64,000 nt of DNA. Origin: Nanobdellota archaeon. Lineage in GTDB: Archaea > Nanobdellota > Nanobdellia > Woesearchaeales > UBA583. The notes under the pieces were generated by a model that made no database searches, had not been told where the DNA came from, and worked only from the letters and a program-made list of their open reading frames with translations. The translations under genes were made by a program, and so were the position numbers. This document shows, one piece after another, positions 57,648 through 64,000 of the stretch. The stretch is taken from contig JBMCRE010000002.1 of the NCBI GenBank assembly GCA_048625195.1, positions 1,747-65,746 on the forward strand. Direction: 5' to 3'. The first letter of the stretch is position 1. The number at the start of each line of letters is the position of its first letter.

Positions 57648-59654
57648 TTATAATATATCAAATATATTTTTTTTTATATAAAACAAAACAAAAGCAAAGC
57701 TACCAATAATATAAAATAAGCTAGTAAATATTAATCGTATGTTTTCAATGATATAAGTCATTTGATGAGACACTATATCATATTTATCATAAAAAGTAAA
57801 AATATTATCAATTATATCTTTAGATAGCATGGTGGTTACCCTATAACTATTATCGTTAATTTTTTCTAATTCATAATAGTTATTACCAATATAGTATATT
57901 AAATCAAATTGAGATTTTATGAATTCTTGTTTTTTATTATCATAGAATTCTTCTTTTATATAAACTTTAGATAAATTATTAAATTTTATCTTTACTTGAT
58001 TTGAGTCATAGTCTAGAACTTTAATATATAAATAATCAGAATGATTAGATCTTGCAACAAGACTTGAAGATTGACTTGTTTTTAAATTAGAAAATGGTAT
58101 TATCTCTAATTCTAATGCATCTTTATAGTTATATTTAATTTTTGATCTTAAGTCTTTATATAACGATTCGTTCTGATATATTTTTATTGCTTGATGATAT
58201 TTGTGAATATTGATATTATCGCTATTTTTATTTAAATTTAAATTTTGATATTCGTTTTCAATAGTGCTTGTATAAAAAATACCTATATAGGCAATAAAAA
58301 ATATTATTATTATTGTATACACTATTTTTAAAGATATTAATTTGATTTTATTAAATGTAACAGATAGAATAATCAAGGATAGAAAGAATATTATAGTACC
58401 AATTAATAAGTTGAATTGTAAATTTTGAGTAGAGTAAATGACTGAATTGGTATAAATATCTACTCCTTTTATGTGTTGTACTAAAGGTTTAGATATGTTG
58501 ATTGGGAGCCTAAACCCCTTCATCAAAAATATATAACTCATCAACATAAATGAAGATAAAAATAGAATTATTATATTTTTGTTAATATGTAATTTTTTCT
58601 CTTTAATATTATTAAAGAAAATAAAAAAAGGTAATATCATTAAAAAAACTATTACATACATTGATGCAATGTATACTATAAAAACACTAAGAGTCAAAAA
58701 AATATCATAATTGAATATTGCAATATCCTTGTAGAACAAACTTTCCTTGAAGTTATAGAAGTTAAAGATTGGAGTATGTTCTCTTAATTGGTTTAATTGA
58801 GGATTAAATGCATCTAATTGACTAATGTATAAAGTGTCTTGGGTACCAAAAGTATAAGGAACCATAAAAACCCCTAAGTCAACTAATAGATGCAAAGTTA
58901 AAATAAATGATATACCTATAAAAATTGTTTTTTTGTTTGAAAAAAATAAAATTAAATTTTGATAGAATTGATTACCTGAATTTGAGATAGATTGTAATAA
59001 ATTAGATATTTGATTTTCTGTATGATTGTGTATATATAGTATTATATAGTATAATAAACCTATTATCAATATTAAAGCATCTACTGCAAGTGCAAACCAT
59101 TCCATAAAAAATGTGAAAATGATTAACCCGAAAAATATTAACATAAAAGTTAACATTGTTTGTTGAAAAATATATTTAAAATATGTTTCTTTGAATTTGA
59201 AACTACCTATAAATGAATTAGAATAAACTTTATTATTTAATAATAAAGTTAAAGATAATATTATAGTTGATAACAATCCTATTAAAAATGTAATCTCTAA
59301 GTATAAATTCGAATTTTCATATATCAAAATATCTAACAACCAGTTTAAATAAGTAATATCTTGACTTATTGGAAGATTTATATAATGAATTAAAGATTTT
59401 GGAATTGCAAAAAAACAAAATGCAATAATAAAACCAATATCGTATGATTTTATTCTTTGACCAATAAAAATTTTACTCAAACTAACTTTATAAAAAATAT
59501 ACCCAATTAAACACCATGAAAGTATTTTTTTAAAAAAATCTAAATCTCCTTGTAACTTATTGAAAAAATCCAAAATATTTAAAATTATAAAAAATATAAA
59601 GTAAGCTGTTAATAACTTTTTTCTAGTAAAAAAAGTTCTATTGATTAAACCCAT
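57648..59654 (-). CDS. hypothetical large polytopic membrane protein
   Basis: 668 aa with more than 12 hydrophobic helices interrupted by a ~190-aa soluble region. No motif recognised. Confidence 0.55.
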   Translation of the reverse strand: MGLINRTFFTRKKLLTAYFIFFIILNILDFFNKLQGDLDFFKKILSWCLIGYIFYKVSLSKIFIGQRIKSYDIGFIIAFCFFAIPKSLIHYINLPISQDITYLNWLLDILIYENSNLYLEITFLIGLLSTIILSLTLLLNNKVYSNSFIGSFKFKETYFKYIFQQTMLTFMLIFFGLIIFTFFMEWFALAVDALILIIGLLYYIILYIHNHTENQISNLLQSISNSGNQFYQNLILFFSNKKTIFIGISFILTLHLLVDLGVFMVPYTFGTQDTLYISQLDAFNPQLNQLREHTPIFNFYNFKESLFYKDIAIFNYDIFLTLSVFIVYIASMYVIVFLMILPFFIFFNNIKEKKLHINKNIIILFLSSFMLMSYIFLMKGFRLPINISKPLVQHIKGVDIYTNSVIYSTQNLQFNLLIGTIIFFLSLIILSVTFNKIKLISLKIVYTIIIIFFIAYIGIFYTSTIENEYQNLNLNKNSDNINIHKYHQAIKIYQNESLYKDLRSKIKYNYKDALELEIIPFSNLKTSQSSSLVARSNHSDYLYIKVLDYDSNQVKIKFNNLSKVYIKEEFYDNKKQEFIKSQFDLIYYIGNNYYELEKINDNSYRVTTMLSKDIIDNIFTFYDKYDIVSHQMTYIIENIRLIFTSLFYIIGSFAFVLFYIKKNIFDIL

Positions 59655-59677
59655 GTATATTATAAAAATTAAAAAAC

Positions 59678-59685
59678 TTTATAAA
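59678..59685 (+). promoter_or_regulatory. TATA box (TTTATAAA)
   Basis: The first T lies 31 nt upstream of the ATG at 59709. Confidence 0.5.
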
Positions 59686-59708
59686 CTTTATTTATTAATA
59701 AAATTATT

Positions 59709-60560
59709 ATGAATTTTAATTTATCGTTGCATTTAGAAAAAAAATTAATCTTTTATATAAATTCTATACTTATTTTATTAATGATTATATTGTTTCTTTT
59801 TAATATTGAAATAAAATATTTTTTCTATATTAATGTTTTGTTAACATTGGTTTTATCTTTTATTTTTTTTCAAAAATCAAAAAGAGTATCTAAATATTTA
59901 ATTTTAACCAATCTTTTTATCTTTTTTTATTTTTTATATCCAATTATTGCAGAATATTTATACAATTTATTAGGCAATGAGAGTTATATTTTTATTTTGT
60001 TTTATAATGTACTTATTGCATACTTGTTTTTAACATTTTCAGGCATGCATAAAACTTTTTTAGGAGATATAAAAAAAACTAATTTAAAGGTTATTTTATT
60101 AACTATATTAATAGGGTCTGTTCTTGGTTTTTTTTTCTTTCTAGTAAGAGAACCTGTACCAAATACTCTTTTGAGTAGTTCTTTTGATGTTTTAATATTT
60201 TATACTTTACTTTTAGCATTATCTGAACAAATTATCTTTAGTGGATTTTTGTATAATATTTATAAAAAATTGAATAATCAACATGAAGCATATTTTCAAG
60301 TTGCAACTATTTTTGTATTGTTTCATTTATTAAGATTTGAAAATTTAATTATTACCTATTTTAGAAATTTTGATGTATTATATTTATATTTAATTACTAT
60401 GTATTATATATTATTATTTATTTTTATGATAACTGCATTATATCTTTATAACTTTAAATATAAACATTATAGAGGAAACTTTGTATATCCTGTATTATTA
60501 CATTTTGTAACTGATTTAATTTTATTTTTGTTTTTAATTTATAGCGTTGGATATGTTTAG
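59709..60560 (+). CDS. CPBP (CAAX/Abi)-family intramembrane protease-like protein, motifs partly degenerate
   Basis: SEQIIFSGFLYN replaces EExxxR. FVLFHLLRF is FxxxH-like and LLHFVTD is HxxxN/D-like. The protein is polytopic. Confidence 0.5.
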   Translation: MNFNLSLHLEKKLIFYINSILILLMIILFLFNIEIKYFFYINVLLTLVLSFIFFQKSKRVSKYLILTNLFIFFYFLYPIIAEYLYNLLGNESYIFILFYNVLIAYLFLTFSGMHKTFLGDIKKTNLKVILLTILIGSVLGFFFFLVREPVPNTLLSSSFDVLIFYTLLLALSEQIIFSGFLYNIYKKLNNQHEAYFQVATIFVLFHLLRFENLIITYFRNFDVLYLYLITMYYILLFIFMITALYLYNFKYKHYRGNFVYPVLLHFVTDLILFLFLIYSVGYV

Positions 60561-60598
60561 AAAATTAATTAAATAGTATGTAATTATTGTTTTAGTAG

Positions 60599-61810
60599 AT
60601 GAAAATTGAAGATAAAATTTTTAAGTTTCAACAAAGTATTGAAAAATCTAAATATCCTGTTATGTTTTTTGATAGAGATAGTGATGGATTGTTATCTTAT
60701 TTAATCTTAAAAAGAAAGTATAAAAAAATAAAAGGGTTTCCTTTTGAAAAAGAATTAGATAAACAAAAGGATATAGCAATTGAGCATGCTACTAATTGTG
60801 ATTTGATTATTATTTTTGATATTCCTGTTATTTCAAATGAGTTTTTTGATATTTTAAATGATGTTCCTATTTTATGGATGGATCATCATAAAAGTAATGC
60901 TAAAAAGCAGATTGATTTAATCAATAAAAATATTGATAATAATAATCAAAATTCTTCTAATAAATATATTACTTATTTGAATCCTTTGGATTTTAATAGT
61001 AATGACAATAGACCTGCTTGTTATTTTTCATATCTTGTTTGTAATGATAAAAATAATTTAGACTTGGTTGTTTTGGGCAGTATTTGTGATTTTTTTTTAC
61101 TTGATGTTATTGAAAAACTATATTATTATGATAAAAAAAAATTTAAGCAAATTATTTCTTTGAAAAATGATGAAATAAAAACATTGTTGTGCTTTTTAGA
61201 GAAGAACATGAATCATGAAAATAAACAAGTTGAAAGCTCTGATCAAAGAGACGAATGGATTAGATATTTATTATATAATACAAATATTAGAAAATTAAAT
61301 AATTTTTTTAATTTTTTATTTAAACTAAGAACAAAAGACGAAATTTTAAAAGGCATTAATATGATTGAGAGTTGTTCAATTTATGAATTAAATGAAAAAA
61401 TTGAATTTCAAAAAAGTGAGTTATTTGATAAGTATAATAATATGGAATTAAAATATAAAGATATTTTTAGTAAAGCAACTAAAAAAAAACAAAATGAAAT
61501 TATTTTTTTTTATGATTATATTGGAGAAATTGGTTTTTCTAAAACCTTGTCTGAAGAGTTGAATTACTTATTTAAAGATATCTTAGTTGTTTGTGTTTGT
61601 TTTAAACATGTAAATAAAAAAAATTATAATTGCTCTATAAGAGGTAGAAATTTCAATGTTAGATTGTTATTGGAAGATGTTATAAATGGATTGAAAGCTC
61701 AAGGAGGTGGTCATCAATTTGCTGTTGGTGCAAGTATTGATCAAGATGATTTTCCTATTTTTAAAAAACGAATTTTTGAATTTGCTAAAAACAAAAAATA
61801 TATGATCTAA
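60599..61810 (+). CDS. DHH/DHHA1 phosphoesterase (RecJ/GAN-like)
   Basis: DRDSDGLLS (motif I), MDHHKSN (DHH), and GGGHQFAVGAS (the GGGH motif of DHHA1). Confidence 0.7.
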   Translation: MKIEDKIFKFQQSIEKSKYPVMFFDRDSDGLLSYLILKRKYKKIKGFPFEKELDKQKDIAIEHATNCDLIIIFDIPVISNEFFDILNDVPILWMDHHKSNAKKQIDLINKNIDNNNQNSSNKYITYLNPLDFNSNDNRPACYFSYLVCNDKNNLDLVVLGSICDFFLLDVIEKLYYYDKKKFKQIISLKNDEIKTLLCFLEKNMNHENKQVESSDQRDEWIRYLLYNTNIRKLNNFFNFLFKLRTKDEILKGINMIESCSIYELNEKIEFQKSELFDKYNNMELKYKDIFSKATKKKQNEIIFFYDYIGEIGFSKTLSEELNYLFKDILVVCVCFKHVNKKNYNCSIRGRNFNVRLLLEDVINGLKAQGGGHQFAVGASIDQDDFPIFKKRIFEFAKNKKYMI

Positions 61811-61873
61811 AAAATAGTATCTTTTTATTTTGATGAATTTTTAATAATCACTAGCTATAAGGAAATAAAAAAT

Positions 61874-61881
61874 TTTATAAT
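61874..61881 (+). promoter_or_regulatory. TATA box (TTTATAAT)
   Basis: The first T lies 29 nt upstream of the ATG at 61903. Confidence 0.4.
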
Positions 61882-61902
61882 AAAATAAAATATATTTTAT
61901 TT

Positions 61903-62379
61903 ATGAATTATAAAAAATCCAATATTGATCCAATAAAATACATAATAATTTTATTAATGACATCTTTTATTTTTATTATATTTATTTTAGCTTTATTTCA
62001 AATGTCTGATTTGTATATTGATGAAAGAAAGATTAAATCTCAACTAGTTTTATCTAAAATATTTAATGGAGAATGTTTTGGAAATGATTTTGCAACTATC
62101 AATGAAAATAAATTTAATCAAAAAAATTTAGATAATTGTTTTAAAAATATAGATAAAACTATACTCTTTAGAGTCAGTATAGAAGATAGTGAGAAAAACA
62201 AACTCTCTAAATATTTATATGCAGGAGATCATTATGATGAATTTGCATTAAGAAGAAACTATTGTAACTTAAAAAAAAGCAACATATTGTGTTCTAAAAT
62301 GACTTATCCAATAACTTATATTAATAAAAATAATGATTATTCAACTAATATTTTAGTTGTTGAAATTATTTCAATGTGA
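61903..62379 (+). CDS. hypothetical membrane-anchored protein
   Basis: 158 aa with an N-terminal TM helix (IIILLMTSFIFIIFILALF). No motif recognised. Confidence 0.45.
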   Translation: MNYKKSNIDPIKYIIILLMTSFIFIIFILALFQMSDLYIDERKIKSQLVLSKIFNGECFGNDFATINENKFNQKNLDNCFKNIDKTILFRVSIEDSEKNKLSKYLYAGDHYDEFALRRNYCNLKKSNILCSKMTYPITYINKNNDYSTNILVVEIISM

Positions 62380-62544
62380 CTACTTCTTAGTACTTACTGA
62401 GTGTTAGTACTTCTTAATTGTGCTATATACATATATAAAAGTTGTTTTATAATATTATTATCATCTATGTTTAGTAGTTAAGATTATTAATTTTGACTCA
62501 ATAATAAACAAAAGGTGTAATTGAAAAGTCAAAAAACAATAACC

Positions 62545-62552
62545 TTTATAAA
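62545..62552 (+). promoter_or_regulatory. TATA box (TTTATAAA)
   Basis: The first T lies 39 nt upstream of the ATG at 62584, a longer spacing than the others. Confidence 0.35.
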
Positions 62553-62583
62553 TGACAAAAGATTGGATTAAATTAAATATAAA

Positions 62584-63387
62584 ATGGTAGTAAAGGAAGA
62601 ATTTCTAAACACTCTAAGACAGTACTTCAGTTTGAACTTATATGAAGTTAAAATATGGACAGCACTACTCTCTAGAAAGGTTGCAACAGCAGGTGAACTA
62701 AGCGATTTAGCAATAGTTCCAAGATCTAGAACATATGATGTTCTAGAGTCTCTTGAAAAAAAAGGATTTGTAATGGTAAAGCTAGGCAAGCCTATAAAAT
62801 ATATTGCGATATCTCCTGCAGATGTAATAGATAGAGTCAAAAAAAGAGTTGCTGAAAAGTCAGAAGAAAAACTTGACAAATTAGAATCTCTTAGAACAAG
62901 TAATATTTTAAAAGATTTAGAACAATTACATGAGCAGGGAATACAATTAGTTGAACCTAGCGATTTAAGTGGAGCATTGAAAGGAAGGTATAATTTATAT
63001 AATCATCTGGAAGCTATGGTAAAAGGAGCAGAGGATGAAGTGATTTTAATGACTACCTCTACTGGATTTTTAAGAAAAGTTGAAGCATTAAAAGGTGTTT
63101 TTGAAGAATTACAAGAAAGAGGAGTATCAATAAAAATAGCATGTCCTCAAACTGACAAAACCGAAGCACTAGTAAAACATATTAAAGAATTTGCTGAAGT
63201 TAGATTTACAGATGAAATTGAAGCAAGATTTTGTGTTATAGATGGAGAAGAAGTTATGTTTATGACATTACACGATAAAGATATTTACCCAGCATACGAT
63301 ATTGGAGTTTGGGTTAATACACCTTTTTTTTCAAAAGCACTCCAACAGTTATTTGACATTTCTTGGAAAACTTTTAAAAAACAATAA
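62584..63387 (+). CDS. trmB: TrmB-family transcriptional regulator
   Basis: N-terminal wHTH LNLYEVKIWTALLSRKVATAGELSDLAIVPRSRTYDVLESLEKKGFV is the TrmB signature. A C-terminal effector-type domain is present. Confidence 0.8.
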   Translation: MVVKEEFLNTLRQYFSLNLYEVKIWTALLSRKVATAGELSDLAIVPRSRTYDVLESLEKKGFVMVKLGKPIKYIAISPADVIDRVKKRVAEKSEEKLDKLESLRTSNILKDLEQLHEQGIQLVEPSDLSGALKGRYNLYNHLEAMVKGAEDEVILMTTSTGFLRKVEALKGVFEELQERGVSIKIACPQTDKTEALVKHIKEFAEVRFTDEIEARFCVIDGEEVMFMTLHDKDIYPAYDIGVWVNTPFFSKALQQLFDISWKTFKKQ

Positions 63388-63583
63388 TTTAAATTATTTT
63401 AATAATATTTTAATAATTATATCTTAAATATTTATTTTTGAATAAATGTTTTTTATATCAATTAACTTTAATAAAAAAAAATCTTTGAGAAATTAAGAAC
63501 TATTTCTCAAAATTTGATTATTACTATTAAAAACAGAAATAACATTGATTAACTAATTTCATACTAATTATTTATTTTAATAG

Positions 63584-64000
63584 TTATTTGGTTTCTTTCT
63601 CTTTAAGTTTATTATTTAACATATGTACATATGCATTTAAATGTCTAATTTTATTTTGAGAATCAAGTATTTTAATTGAAAAATCATTAAGAACTCCAGT
63701 TAATTCATTTGAGGTGAAACTGATTTTTTCTGGGTCTTCTATTTCGACAGAAGTAGGAGTGTAGTCCATTATAAAATTTAAAATGTCGTTAGTTGTTTTA
63801 AATTTTATCATAACTTCCATGAATCCTGAATAAAGACTTGTTTTTTTATCGTACTCTGGAGGTTCAATCATATCTTCTTTTAAAGAAATGTTTTTATCAG
63901 TTTTTATTTTGTCTAATACTAAATTTAAAGCTTTCTCAACATTTTCTACAGGCTTTCCTGCTATTTCAATTATAAATCTTGCACTTATTTTATTTCCCAT
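63584..64000 (-). CDS. hypothetical protein (start codon at the window edge; could extend beyond)
   Basis: 138-codon ORF whose ATG occupies 63998-64000. No motif recognised. Confidence 0.45.
   Translation of the reverse strand: MGNKISARFIIEIAGKPVENVEKALNLVLDKIKTDKNISLKEDMIEPPEYDKKTSLYSGFMEVMIKFKTTNDILNFIMDYTPTSVEIEDPEKISFTSNELTGVLNDFSIKILDSQNKIRHLNAYVHMLNNKLKEKETK

Noticed and set aside
1405-62879. About 30 ORF-track entries lie antisense to, or nested within, longer recognisable genes. They are 1405-1593, 2269-2478, 2800-3057, 5407-5676, 6602-6829, 16650-16844, 18680-18943, 22584-22793, 23466-23678, 24060-24323, 25973-26179, 26229-26420, 28630-29004, 30043-30411, 30797-31003, 31051-31254, 38666-38953, 39346-39546, 39922-40164, 42564-42872, 44037-44228, 45010-45246, 50596-50946, 52584-52829, 56319-56519, 56955-57170 and 62568-62879.
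   Set aside because: Each overlaps a gene with clear family motifs on the other strand. Their products are low-complexity (L/F/I/S-rich) with no motifs, which fits shadow ORFs.

Overview
Very AT-rich, densely packed archaeal chromosome segment. Archaeal markers are rpl37ae-rpoP, aIF2-beta, RFC small subunit, CDC48, LonB, NAC, Sec61-beta, archaellin and TrmY. Several bacterial-type genes sit among them: class I GAPDH, RsuA/RluB, DnaJ, Dus, an ArmA/Rmt-like methyltransferase and a GH68/32-like hydrolase. The mix fits a small-genome, DPANN-like archaeon (inference). I support about 70 protein genes and one tRNA-Ser(GGA). I see no rRNA, CRISPR array, transposase or integrase. Hand translation recovered four short genes missing from the ORF track: rpoP, rubredoxin, Sec61-beta and a Zn-ribbon protein. 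Most of the window is housekeeping, and I found no clear multi-gene novel system. The observations most worth a second look are: (1) a one-gene cassette bounded by 67-bp direct repeats and phase-locked 16-nt GC-rich arrays; it carries a pilin-signal/BspA-like repeat adhesin and terminates a DNA ligase ORF prematurely; (2) a RelA/SpoT-like protein, an ArmA/Rmt-family 16S rRNA methyltransferase homolog and an HD alarmone-hydrolase-like protein within 4.5 kb; (3) a Hel308 gene that starts exactly at the RecA1/RecA2 boundary, possibly a split gene; (4) a rubredoxin/flavodiiron/FNR-like oxygen-detoxification cluster; (5) a TTTATAAA box 29-34 nt upstream of many start codons, which implies largely leaderless mRNAs and exposes a candidate small RNA or micro-ORF.
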